Shown here piece by piece: positions 28,569 through 41,578 of a stretch of DNA of 64,000 nucleotides. Below the pieces are notes generated by a model that made no database searches, was not told the DNA's origin, and saw nothing but the letters and a program-made list of their open reading frames with translations. Position 1 is the stretch's first letter. Each line of letters starts with the position of its first letter. The position numbers and the translations under genes were made by a program. Origin of the DNA: Octopus vulgaris (Eukaryota); NCBI GenBank assembly GCA_951406725.2, contig OX597817.1, forward strand, positions 117,800,001-117,864,000, read 5' to 3'.

Positions 28569-29192
28569 GGATCTTTACTTTTTGACAGGCAGATTTTAAA
28601 TATAATTTTTTGTAACTAAACACTTTCAAACTTCGGACACTGGTAGAATGCGTCATATAAAACATATTTTACTCTTAGCGTTTTGAGAAACCATTATATT
28701 TAGGAGGTTATTTCACGATAAAGTTGTAGTATTTCGGTAATTTCAACCAATGATTGACGTGTATTCAGCTGAATAAAAGTACTGCCGTTGTTTGTCAACG
28801 ATAACTTCCGGCGGTGTATATTTCGTTTGTCAATGTTATTTATGACACCCCTAATCCTAAAACACTAAACCTAACCCTAAAACCTTAAAGCTAAAGTACA
28901 AACGCACGAACAATGTCATAAATAACAGTGTCAAACGAAAAATACACCGCCGATAGTTATTGTTGACAAACAACAATAGTAATTTTATTCAGCTGAACAC
29001 ACGTCATTCATTGGTTGAAATTACCAAAATATGACAACATTAACGTGAAATAACTTCCTAAATATAAGGTTTTCTCAAAATCACTAAGAGTAAAAGATGT
29101 TTTTATGACACAATCTGACAGTGTCCGAAGTTTGAAAGTGCTTAGTTACAAAAAATTATTTTTAAATTCTATCTGTCAAAAGGTAACGATCC
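28569..29192. mobile_element. Foldback/MITE with ~280-bp imperfect terminal inverted repeats and a telomere-like spacer
   Basis: 28569-28847 is the reverse complement of about 28914-29192 (GGATC...GATCC ends); the spacer contains CCCTAA-like units. Confidence 0.88.
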
Positions 29193-29294
29193 ACGATATC
29201 TTGGTTAGTATCTGACAACTGAACAAAAGTTATCAGCTATGAATTTTAGCCGCGAAATATTGAAATATTTGTTAGCATTATTACTTACTGGTTT

Positions 29295-29455
29295 TTAGCA
29301 CGCCGTGCAGAATATTTAGCAGTATATCCTTCGTTTTACGTTCTGAGCTTAAATTCCGCCGATGCCGAATTTGCCTTTCATAATTTCGGAGTCAATTAAA
29401 TAAGTACCAGTGCCGCTCTGAGCGGCAAATTTCAGTCCATGTGTTTACGATAGAA
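29295..29455 (+). mobile_element. Degenerate SINE family A
   Basis: ttagcacgccg...gttctgagcttaaattccgccga...gcctttcat...aagtaccagt. Confidence 0.75.
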
Positions 29456-29805
29456 AAAAATATTACTTATTGGTTCGTATTCCTTCGATTTTCATTCATA
29501 TTTTGACAAATATTTTTGCATTGCCCTTTTAAATCTCTGCAAGTGCACGGGCGTGTGTGTGTGTGTGTTTCGATCCGTGTCTGCTTATATCGATGTTTGG
29601 CAATTAAAACTGACATTGGAAAAGAAATTGTTTTGAAAGGGTAGTTTTAATAACAAAATATCAATTATTTTAATGCTCAGAAACGTATTTTAGCCCTTTA
29701 TTCTCTTTAATTAGTATATCAATACAAAACTATTAAACAAACAAAAATACATACGTTCATACATACATACATAATACATACATACATACCTACATTCATA
29801 CATAC

Positions 29806-29864
<59 letters not shown>

Positions 29865-30449
29865 ACATTTCTATATGCTCTATGGATATATGGTGTTCGC
29901 ATGGTATGTATAAATATTCATAATCATGTACTTTTGGAAATGTGATACTCAGGATGTTAAAGTATATGGTAAATCGATCTATGGCTAAACTTTAAAACGA
30001 AAAAATAATATTTCATTCCCTTGCTTTTAACCTTTGTCTATGAAATAAATTAGATAATTTTAGACCCGTTCGGCATCTTCTTCTAGCTTGTGGCATCACT
30101 CAGTAGTTTCCATTATTATAATTTTATATAATTAAGCACTTCCTATATATATATATATATTTATGTAACATATGGTATAATTGTAAACAGGGCAAAGTTT
30201 ATCTATTCCACTGCAGACTGAATAAAATGACGAACAACCTTAATGGATTTTCGAACCTTATTGGGAACTCAACAGAGGCGTCTGCACAATTCTGATGATC
30301 TCCAGAGAAATAAACAGTCAAACTGTTTATATACTCAACAATGCAGCCAGTTGCTCTCTGAATGAGTCCCTAATTTGCATATAAAATTGTTTAACACTCT
30401 ATAAATACCACTGGCAAGTCAACGGGGATTTTAGTTCACACAGTATCAA

Positions 30450-30705
<256 letters not shown>

Positions 30706-30839
30706 GCATATGCTCACGCGCATGCACATACACACGCGCACACACGTATATATATGTACTTATATGTACTTTTGGAAAGTATACAGCTTAATGACTTAAC
30801 AGATGTAGCAATTAAGCCAAGGTCTGCAACTTCGGGAGT

Positions 30840-31010
30840 AGGAAATACGCTGATTATATAGACACTAGTACCCCACTTATTTCATTCATAATAAAAACAT
30901 TAATGGTGAGCTTGTCATCGATGGTACTCTAACTCAGAATGTAAAGACAGACGAAATGCATCTAAGCATTGTGTTCGGTACGCTAATTGTTCAGCCAGCT
31001 GACCGCTCTA
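30840..31010 (-). mobile_element. Degenerate SINE family A
   Basis: aactcagaatgtaaagacagacgaaat...aagcatt...gccagct matches the family A consensus. Confidence 0.6.
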
Positions 31011-31532
31011 GCAACAATATTAATATATTTCAGCTTTAAAACCATTCTTACGTTCATAACCAATTGAATCCTCCTGAGAGAGTCCTTATGACGTGTGTTT
31101 GACTCTTCTTTATAGCACAAACTCCATTTTAAGAACAACTGTTTTTAAAACTAAATACTATAAAATTATATCCCAAATTCGGACTACATAAATACTGCAC
31201 GGTAAAGTACACACTAAGAAAACTTATTAAAAAATTGTTCATGAGTCCAGAGATGATTGTATGCGCGTGGACACATACAAACTTACACATACATAAACAC
31301 ACGCGTACACACACACATATTGAATATACTTGTAAAATAGGGATGCGTCTTATTCGAGAATGAGTCATATACATTTGCATCTATGTTTATTGTAGCTATG
31401 TCGGGTTCAAGAATAAAACTGAAGCCGTTTAACGATCTATAGTTTTTGCCTTGATGAGACAATATATATAAAGATACATTGTACATCAACTGTGAATAGA
31501 ATGTAAAGCTAGTTGAACAACATTATTTGATA

Positions 31533-31741
31533 TTACTCTTTTAATTGTTTCAGTCATTTGAGTGTGGCCATGGTGGAGTACTGCCTTTAGTCGAGCGAAT
31601 CGACCCCAGGACACATTCTTTGTAAGTCTAGTACTTATCGGTCTCTTTTGTCGAACTACTAGATTACGGGGGCGTAAAAACACCACCATCGGTTGTCAAG
31701 CAATGTTGGGGGGACAAACACAAACACATAAACACATACAC

Positions 31742-31799
<58 letters not shown>

Positions 31800-31982
31800 A
31801 TATGTATATATATATACACGACGGACTCAATGGGCTTCTTTCAGTTTCCGTCTACCAAATCCGCTCACAAGGCTTTGGTCGGCCCGAGGCTATAGTAAAA
31901 GAGACTAACCCAAGGTGTCACGCAGTGGGGATGAACCCGGAACCATGTAGTTGGTAAGCAAGCTACTTACCACACAGCCACT
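31533..31982 (-). mobile_element. tRNA-derived SINE, family B (CORE-like), with internal microsatellite
   Basis: Minus strand: TGGCTGTGTGG (A box), GGTTCATCCC (B box), ACCTTGGG core. Collinear copies at 32136 and 41579. Confidence 0.88.
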
Positions 31983-32135
31983 AATGTTAATTTTTTTCAC
32001 CTATTCCATTAACCAAACAGAACAAATTTAGCTAATAACCGTATACAAATCCTATGCCCATTTTAACAGACTCGCACACAAACACAAACACACATGTTGT
32101 CGCACACGTACAAAGCTCTATATATGGGCATATCT

Positions 32136-32357
32136 GTTCTTTTACTCTTTTACTTGCTTCAGTCTTTTTACTTCGGCCGTACTGGAGTACCACCTTTAGT
32201 CCAGGAAATCGACCCCAGGACTTATTCTTTGTAAGCCTAGTACTTATTCTATCGGTCTCTTTTGCCGAACCGCTAAGTTACGGGGACGTAAACACACCAG
32301 CATCGGTTGTCAAGCGATGTTAGGTTTGGGGCAAACACAGACACACAAACATAAACA

Positions 32358-32405
<48 letters not shown>

Positions 32406-32561
32406 TATGACGGGCTTTTTTCAGTTTCCGTCTACCAAATCCACTCACAACGCTTTAATCGGCCCGATGCTATAGCAGAAGACACTTGCCCAAGTTGCCA
32501 CGTAGTGGGACTGATCCCGGAATCATGTGGTTCGTAAGCAAGCTACTTACAACAAAGCCAC
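32136..32561 (-). mobile_element. tRNA-derived SINE family B
   Basis: Collinear with 31533-31982. Confidence 0.88.
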
Positions 32562-32588
32562 GTTGTTATATAATGTGTGTGTGTGTGT

Positions 32589-32630
<42 letters not shown>

Positions 32631-33652
32631 CTGTGTGTGTGTGTACTATTGCTATATCTAATGCGTTTCATATTACTTCCATTTCAGAGCTCCTATACAC
32701 CCAATCCTGAGATGCTTGTTCTTTAATTTTGTAGTGATTTATGAGATCTGCAATCTAAATAAGGATAACAAAATAGGTGTATCATATAGACTATATGTGT
32801 TTCGTAGCGACATCGGAAAAATTTTTCTACCATATTTTGTTATATTATATATTTGAAAGGGCGGATTGCAATATTTTTCAATAAATATTAACGCATTTCA
32901 ACAATGTAGTTATTAAATGTATGTTTATTAAGATATAATACAAATTATATTTATGCATACAATGTGATGTACAGAGTGCACATTCTAAAAGTACCAGGTA
33001 CAATTCTCAGAAATTCCTTATGTTCAAAGGTTATGCATTAGATAGTGCAGTCACAGATAGCATAACTCGAGTACTTCTGATAATGGATTTCCTTGATAAT
33101 AGTTCTTCTGAAGTTAAACAAGATTAGCAGCATATTACATAAGAATATTTGGTTGCACGTGAAAATATAAGTAACATCAGCTACATAGTTAATAAAAAAG
33201 AAAGTGATGTATAAGGTGATTATCATAACGGCAACACCAGCAGGAATGGATTTATTTACTCAAGGGACTTCAAAGGAGGAAAAGACAATGAGTAAAACTA
33301 TTACTTTCTCTATTTTCTTTAACAGTAAATAGTGCAGTAGTATTCGGTTTAAACAGTATATTACGTCGGAACCATTTTATATGATATATTTCAAACCGAA
33401 AAAAAATGTGATTCATTATAAATTTATCATATCAAATAGGATAATTAAATTTTATAAGATTATTATTCGCGTTTGTTTTATTTCTTAATCATATATTCTC
33501 AATTTCTAAGGCATCTAATCCGAAACTTTCTACAGTGAAACAAGAAATACGCTCACTACCAAACATATTATACCAGATTATATAGATATCTGTAGCAGAT
33601 GATATACACACACTCAAACACACCCGTACACACAGATACACACACATATATA

Positions 33653-33683
<31 letters not shown>

Positions 33684-33702
33684 GAGAGAGAGAGAGAGAT
33701 AT

Positions 33703-33740
<38 letters not shown>

Positions 33741-33954
33741 TAATTTTATTACATATATATATATCAAATTAATTTATTTGTTCATTAATACAGAAACTTG
33801 AGATTGGGTTTAACTGTACATATTTGTTGTTTTCATTCTCTTTGGAATTACTTTTTTCGTGGTCTGTGTTTGGCTGCCCTATCTAGCATGTAAGACGTCC
33901 TGTAAAGTGTCATCTCTTTTATGTATAAATGCTATACACATTTTAAATATGAAC

Positions 33955-33999
<45 letters not shown>

Positions 34000-34835
34000 C
34001 ACATATACACTCACACACACACACATATATATGGCGATCAAATCATCGCGATTCGAAACAGCCGTAAAACAACCTAGCTCTGTTAAAAATTAGAACACAG
34101 ATGCATTAGTTTTATCCCTTTTATATACATTGAAAATAGCTTGGCAATATTTTGCCTGACATTCTTCGTAGTTCTTGACTGACACTCACCAATAAAGTGA
34201 CTTCTTGCGTTATCTATCTATACATGAAACCAGTTAGCTAGTATAAATCATGTTACCAATGTAGTGGATACCTTAATTCACATATTTGTGGATTAACCAA
34301 ACGATATCAGCTTTACATGTCAATAAATTTAAGTAATACAAGACCTAGAAGCGGATGAAATGTGAAGAAGGACACAATATTTACATGTGTTTGACAGGTG
34401 TAGTATATGATGTGGAAATGTCTCTAGACGGAAATTTTCACGTCTTGTTCACTGCTCCTTTGAGAAACCTTACCTTGTGTTGTTCCCCAATAAATAGCAG
34501 AAGTAAATTATCAAGCTGTTAACTGTATCGCTAGCGTTAGTTATGAATGTGTTATAGAATAGCTACAATACTCTACAGTAATGGATGCAGAGTGAAACCA
34601 GCTGCGAATTTTCTGAATAGCTGTCAAGATACTCTGAAACGACCATCAGTAAAATTTAAAGGGATAAAAGTATTGTTATATTCCGTTTTTAATTCGCATT
34701 CCACACACCGCTAAACTTTGTAATATTTAAATACGCATACATATCATACGCATATGTATATATATATATTATATATGCTGTTTGCATGTATGTATGTATG
34801 AGTAAGTGTATATGTGTGTATTCATGTGTGTGTTT

Positions 34836-35676
34836 GTATCAAAAAGTTCTTGGACTATTTATGTTCAATAAAAAAAAAATCATATATACCTGAGTTTAAC
34901 ATCATCTCCTTAGAAATATTCACGTCGGGAGCGTTCCTGCGTTTTGCTGTGGATCTTAACAACGGTGTTAAAACAGTGACCTTTGAGCTGCATTTTCATC
35001 TTGGGGATGAGATAGAGGTCCTCAAGTGCTAAAAATGGCGGCGAATAGGGCGGGTACAGAAGTGATACCATGTTGTTTAATGCGAGAAACTCACGAGTGA
35101 GAAGAGCATGGCGACAGGTGGCACTAGTCATCATAAAGAATCCTATTTTTTGCCATCCACAGTCCCGGTCACTTTTGCCGAATATCCCTTACACGCTTCA
35201 AAGTGTGACTGTAGAACTCTCGATGGACGGCCCAGCCCTGGAGGGCGAATACTCGATGCAAAGAACCACATTTACAGGGGTGATCAACGTGGCATATCTT
35301 CCAGACCGCTCATCGTCTTCCAGGGACACTCTTCATTTTTTGAAGCGCTCGTGCCTCTCGAAACTTTGCGTACAACCTACCGCTTCGTCGCCATACGCTT
35401 GCCTAAGCATACGCAATGTCTCTGTAGCTGATTTTACAAGTTTAACGCAAAATTTCACGTTGGATATTGGTCCCTGTCCATGACAAATTCGCAGACTTCA
35501 TCATACGCATAATCACAAAAACACAAACTTAGCAACTTGCGAAGTTAACACAGCAATATCACTCGGTACTCCGCCTAATAAAGGTCACTGCCGGCTCTCA
35601 CTGCGTACACAACATTGTGCTGCCATCTGTTGGCGCGCTACAGAATGAGTCCGGAATGTTTTAATACCATCTCGTA
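34836..35676 (-). mobile_element. Internally deleted mariner transposon
   Basis: N-terminus NVKFCVKLVKSATETLRMLRQAYG..LEDDERSGR joined to C-terminus LTREFLA...YPPYSP...PKMKMQLKGH. Imperfect TIRs GTATCAAAAAGTTCTTGGACT and AGTCCGGAATGTTTTAATAC. Confidence 0.88.
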
Positions 35677-36126
35677 GTTACATGCTGGAGAATGTTTTAA
35701 AAAATAAAGATTCAGTAAGAAACTATATTTGAGGCTTTGTTTTATATACTAATATTGAAAGCCTGTGCATATACTCAGTATATATCTTACGACAGCTTCA
35801 AATTAGTATTTGAATATTTTTCTCGTTTCAGTGATTTTTTGTTAAGACAGCACATGTCTTAATTATGAGCAGGATTCAGACTCCCTGTGCCATACAGTAT
35901 TGGATATATATGATACTTAGAATGGTAAAATATTGATTCCCACAGAAAATTGTGATAGTTTCATCAATAATTCACGACAAACTGTTATCATTGCAAAATC
36001 TCACCTCAAATGTATTTTCCGACGTATCGATGCTGATTCATAGTTTCATATGTAGGTGACTCTCCTTGTATGTGTTTGTGTGTGTATGTACTTATGTACT
36101 TATATATATATATATATATATATAAA

Positions 36127-36330
36127 GTTAATCCAAATAAGAAAGCACAAAACACACAACAACGCGAGGACGTGGAACAAATATAGTATTATTGGACGCT
36201 CAGGAAAGTAGGAAGGAAGGAGGGTTTAACGTTTCGAGTGGAGCTCTTCGTCGGAAACATAGGAAAAGGAAAGATCCAGAGAAGGGAAGACAAAGGAAAT
36301 AATCGCCAACGGTACACATGCGGTCACATT
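36127..36330 (-). mobile_element. Short non-autonomous PLE-type terminal-repeat element in (TA)n
   Basis: Second copy at 26192-26365; contains a hammerhead motif; (TA)n on both sides. Confidence 0.75.
36224..36258 (-). ncRNA. Minimal type I hammerhead-like motif, U4C core variant
   Basis: Minus strand: GTTT-CCGACGA-A-GAG(CTCCA)CTC-GAAA-CG-TT-AAAC; palindromic helix III AACGTT. Confidence 0.6.
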
Positions 36331-36332
36331 TA

Positions 36333-36409
<77 letters not shown>

Positions 36410-36468
36410 GAGAGAGAGAGATAGATAAATGTGACAGCGTGTGTACCGTGTGTACCGCGTGTGTACCG

Positions 36469-39053
36469 AAAGGGATTATATCACCAACTTCAAATGCGAG
36501 CCTAGCCTTTTTTTGGCTTTCCTAAAATCCATAAAAACAAATACATCACCGAAGCCTGCAAACTCTCTTCTGGCATCCACATCAACATCAAAACACCGGA
36601 GGACCTAAAACTAAGGCCCATCGTGGCTGGAACCTCCTGTGAAACACACCGCCTGACTAATTTCCTAGACATCCTTTTGCAACCTTTCCTTACCCACATC
36701 AAATGTTTCATTAGGGATGATCTGGACATGCTCAAACACCTCCCGAAAACAGTTAATGAGGAGGCGCTCCTGGTATCCTTTGATGTCATCAACCTCTACA
36801 CCAACATCCCACATGAATATGGTATTGAGGCAATTGATTTCTGGCTAGAAAAACACCCAGAGACATTCCCTGACCGCATTCACAAGACCTTTATTACGGA
36901 CTCACTCAAGTTCATTCTGACTAACAATTATTTCCTCTTCGACAACACACACTACCGTCAAAACTCTGGTATTGCGATGGGTACCAAGGCTGCACCAGTC
37001 CTTGCGAACCTCGTAATGGGTTTCTTCGAACTATCACTCTATGAGATATCACGCCAGAAATTTGGACATGTTTTCCACACCTACCTAATGGAAAACTGGA
37101 AAAGGTATTTGGATGATTGTTTCATCATATGGAAAGAACCTTATGAAAAACTTCTGGAATTCAACACCATACTGAACAACATACATCCCAACATCCAATT
37201 CACTATGGAATTAAGCAAACATCATCTTCCTTTCCTTGACCTCCTAATTATAAAAACACCTAAGAACCAAATCAAAACAGACATCTACCACAAACCTACA
37301 GACTCACACCAATACCTCCTCTTTAGTTCATGCCACCCAAAACACACCAAGACAAATATCCCTTTCAACTTAGCTAAAAGGGTATGCACCGTTGTCTCTG
37401 ATCCAAAAACTCAAGAAATACGCCTTCAAGACCTCAAAAAAAAAACACTATTACAACGCCAATATCCCTCCACCCTTATAGAACATGGAATAAAACGCGC
37501 CAAAGAACTAGACAACATTACACTGAAAACCACCCAAGCCAACACCACACACAACCCCAAAATACTTCCATACATTTCCACCCACAACCCTAAAAATATC
37601 GAAGCATACACCACAATCATACAAAACATCAGTCTACTGTCAACAGACCCAAAAATGAAAAACATTATAAATACACACAAAATCCTCAAATGTAAAAGGC
37701 AACACAAATCTTTAAAAAAACTCTTGACAAATGCCAAACTTCACACACCACACCACCCCTAGCAGTTAAAAAATGTGCACGCCCAAACTGTGGCACCTGC
37801 CCCTTCCTACTTGAAGGCTCTGAATTTAACTTCAAATAAGGAACGAAGTTTAAAATCAAGACCAACTTCTCCTGTTCCTCCGAGAACCTTATCTACGTTC
37901 TCACATGAGCTGGTTGCCAACATAATTATGTTGGACAAACGAGCCTCCCGTTACGTAAACGAGTAGCGGTGCATAAAGAACAAATAAACCTCCCGGAATA
38001 CCGGCAAATCCCACTGAGTGACCACATAGACTCATGCGCTAAAGACAAAAATCCCAAATTCTACACATTCCCCTTCTACCAATGTAAAGACGGAATCACC
38101 ACACAGGAGAGAATTAAGAAGGAGAATCTCTTTATTGAAAAATTCAAAACGCATCTTAATATGCAAACTCCTCGTTGATCATACTTCTTCTTTTTTCTAC
38201 CACATTCTCCATGGATGGACTAACACAAATATATAAGGATACCATGCAGTCATCACCTCAAGCTAAAACTTATATTCTTTAAATATCATTATTATTACTG
38301 TTGTTATTATTATTATTTTTTATTATATATGACATAAGAATCTGAAATGTAATTATAAATTGGTTTATGCAAATTTATATAATTAGAAAACAATATGAAT
38401 AAAGTGTTAAAATCAGAATGTTAAGTTAACAAACAAATTATATAAAAAAGATAATGCAAATGAAGCTAAAATGATAATTTTATAATTTAAGTTTTATCAA
38501 CACCCTTTATTACAAAAAATTGATAAACACAAATTGAAGAGCTTAAAACCCATAGAGTTGTCTCCCCTTATTCACAACACAGGAACGGGACTACCACTAC
38601 TTCCTGTTTTGCCAGGCACTTAAGAGACACTCTTAATTAAATTAAACAACACATGGATTTAATCCCATTGGATCTCAATGCTTCAAGGTAATATTTTCGT
38701 GAACAATCATTAAACTCAAGATACACAAAGACCTTATAATGTATCGGAGTACCTAATTTTTAGTGTTTGTATATATTTATTTTTATTTCTCTGCAAAAAA
38801 CAATTTAATTTTCTTTTTTCCCCCTCCTCACATTTAAAAAAAAAATCTTTTCTTTACAATTCTTGAAAAGTCACATTATGACGAAAACCGGTTTGAATTA
38901 ATATATATATATATTTTATAAAATTTTTCAAAAACGTTTCCATACACCCATTTTCATTAAAATTTTCTTTCAATTTAGCATTCTGCCTTTTTACAATTTT
39001 TCCTTGCTTATCATTTCTCCACGTGCGGTCAACACAACCCCATCATTTATTGA

Positions 39054-39055
<2 letters not shown>
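36469..39055 (+). mobile_element. 5'-truncated Penelope-like element (Neptune type), RT + GIY-YIG, pseudogenised
   Basis: PKIHK, LRPIVAG, LVSFDVINLYTNIPH, GIAMGTKAAP, WKRYLDDCFIIW, CARPNCGTCP linker, and a GIY-YIG region with a frameshift near 37750 and stops. The 3' tail ends at (TA)n. Confidence 0.95.
38858..38899 (+). ncRNA. Minimal type I hammerhead ribozyme with U3-A8 core
   Basis: AATTC-TTGAAAA-GTCA(CATTA)TGAC-GAAA-ACCGGT-TT-GAATT. Confidence 0.7.
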
Positions 39056-39126
<71 letters not shown>

Positions 39127-39128
39127 GA

Positions 39129-39163
<35 letters not shown>

Positions 39164-39183
39164 CATACATACATACATATATA

Positions 39184-39425
39184 AGTAATGTTCGTAGCCA
39201 CTTCATCGTGGTTTCATATATTACGAGCAGAGGCAAGCTACTGCCATCTCTAGCAGATGAGGCGTCTAGTACTGAAGAGAGACGAAATAGCCCCAAACCA
39301 GGCTGGTCTGCTAGTCCTGTTGCTAAAAGGTAGTGGGAGTTCAGGAGTTATCCACTCTAGGTTCAGAAATTGCACTAAAATCTGTAGGAACGGGCAGCCA
39401 TGTTGAAGTGATTACGAACATTACT
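39184..39425. mobile_element. ~240-bp element with ~29-bp imperfect terminal inverted repeats
   Basis: AGTAATGTTCGTAGCCACTTCATCGTGG at the left and CCATGTTGAAGTGATTACGAACATTACT at the right. Confidence 0.7.
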
Positions 39426-40109
39426 AGTTAGTACAACTACTGCGTTGATCTCTTATTGAGATTTTGGAACTAGCATTGTTGCCTTTGCACACACACACAC
39501 ATACAGGATGTGACGCACGGACAACAGTGGGAATCAAAGCAATAACACGTGTTCAATCGTAATATGTTATAGCAGACTCCACGTGAACGTGACTGTGCCC
39601 CCCTGTTGCCCGCATCGTGCCTGCTACCGATAGCACCCTGTGCACTGGAACGAAATCCCGTTTGCCGCCTTCTGGAAGCTTGCGAGTCACCGGAGTAGGA
39701 ACAACCATGCTCTAGGCCAGTGTACCACAAACAGGCATGCTGAGGCACACTGGTTTTCCACCAGACGATATTAGGTGTATTGCAGCGTAACATGAATATA
39801 ATTGTTTTCCCTATAGTTTTTGTTTTATTGTTACTTCGTGTATGCCGCAAGTGAAAAAAAGGTTTCAGAGCACTGCTCGTGGTGACCGTCGAACTCTAAG
39901 GGATCTCCGACCACTATGACGCTTGCTCTATGAAAGTTGCGAACAGGTCCAAACCGAACGTCTGATCGTTTTTGTTTTTCGTCATCGGGGAACAACTTTT
40001 CCCATTTAGATGATACAACACCAGTGCTGTTTTGAATGCGTTGTGTTTGTTCATCCAAAATAATCCCGCAGAGTTTCTCAAAAGCACGAGACCTTGTTTA
40101 TAAGAATCA

Positions 40110-40130
40110 CTCCTACTACTACTACTAATG

Positions 40131-40165
<35 letters not shown>

Positions 40166-40292
40166 ACTACTACTACTACTACTAATAATAATAATAATAA
40201 TAATAATAACAACAACAACAACAATGATAATAACAACAACAACAATAACAGTAACAACTGTCAGAACAATAATAATAATATCAATAATAATA
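40110..40292. repeat. (CTA)n/(AAT)n/(AAC)n compound microsatellite
   Basis: Directly visible. Confidence 0.95.
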
Positions 40293-40302
40293 AACGACTG
40301 CA

Positions 40303-40625
40303 GCATGAAATCTAATAAACCAGATGTTCTTGTGAAAGACCAAAATAATAAAATTTGTTTATTGACTGACAGGAGCGTACCTTGTGATCATAATATCTCG
40401 GTAAAAGAATTTGGTAAGCTTAGAAAAATACAAAGATTTGTTGATTGAAATCGAAGTAAATGTGGCATCTCAAGGCATTTAAAACACCAGTGATTGTAGG
40501 AGTATTTTGAATGAACAAAAAAGGAACTGAAAATTACTTGAGCATGATCCCTGGCATGCCGTCCATGCGAGAAATGCAAAAGATTGTCTTAACTGGTACA
40601 TCACTCGTATTGTGAAGAGCATTGG
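40303..40625 (+). mobile_element. R4/Dong-type LINE REL fragment (same family as 5226-5912)
   Basis: KSNKPDVLVKDQNNKICLLTDRSVPCDHNISVKEF; nucleotide match to about 5615-5903. Confidence 0.88.
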
Positions 40626-40891
40626 GGCTGTGAATTTTCTTTCCTTTTTTCCTTTCACTTTCTTAGTTTTTTCTTACTTTTTTAATTTGTTTTTTTTTTC
40701 TTGTATCTTTCTTATCTCTGTCTTTTTTCCATCACATGCCTTTGTAAATGGACCATCTGATGTCATTATTTTAATGTGCCCATTAATGTATACATTAAAA
40801 AGTATACAGTGAGTGTGCCAATGTATACAGTTTTTGCTCCCGGTGTCGGGAAGACACTCAGCAAGAAATGGAAACAAAACTGAAATAAGAA

Positions 40892-41040
40892 GATAATGGT
40901 AACAATTATAATAATAATGGTGACGCTGACGATGAAGATGATGACCAAGATGATGACAAGGACTATGATGACGTTAATGATGATGATGATGTCGATGATG
41001 ACGATGTCGATAATGATGATAACGATGATGGTGATGATAA
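40892..41040. repeat. Degenerate (GAT)n microsatellite
   Basis: Directly visible. Confidence 0.85.
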
Positions 41041-41578
41041 AAATAAGTGATATTGGGGCAAATGAAATCAAGAAAATGTGGATTAAGCTTTTTGTGATAT
41101 GACAGAGTTAAGAATTTAATTAAAAATATGATAATCATAATCTAAATAGCATTTAGTCGTGTGACCCTCTCACCCACCCCATATTAAGGTTTGTCACGAC
41201 AATTGTTCTCCTGGGTATATTTTTGTTAAGTAGATAGTAAAACTTCAACGGCCTTAAATGCTCATTGCATGCATATCAGGAATTTTCTCTTAATCTATCC
41301 TCTTCAATAAATAATTCGTGTTTCTAGATTAATTTGTCATCAGGACGTAGCTTCATTAAAATATAATATGGTCATCAGCTCTCCGCTACTCAACTTTACG
41401 ACTGAATTTGTTCCATTTTGAAGTGTCTCAACTCATCTGAGTGTCGTTCTTTTATTTGATGTTTACGCCTTTCGCACAATCTGTTATATTTTGAAAGTTT
41501 TCTCGTTCACCTTCGTTTCCTCCCTTGTTTCACAAAATAATGGTGTAATGTTTCTTTTTAGTGGGGAGCACAAGTGTA

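Noticed and set aside
37906-37908. In-frame TGA at a GIY-YIG cysteine, suggesting selenocysteine as in some Naiad PLEs
   Set aside because: The sister copy has TGC, this copy also has a TAA and a frameshift nearby, and the domain order is RT-EN; simple decay.
41335-41394. Minus-strand CTGATGA...GAAG...GTC hammerhead-like string
   Set aside because: GAAG instead of GAAA, a 2-bp stem I and a poor stem II; compatible with chance.
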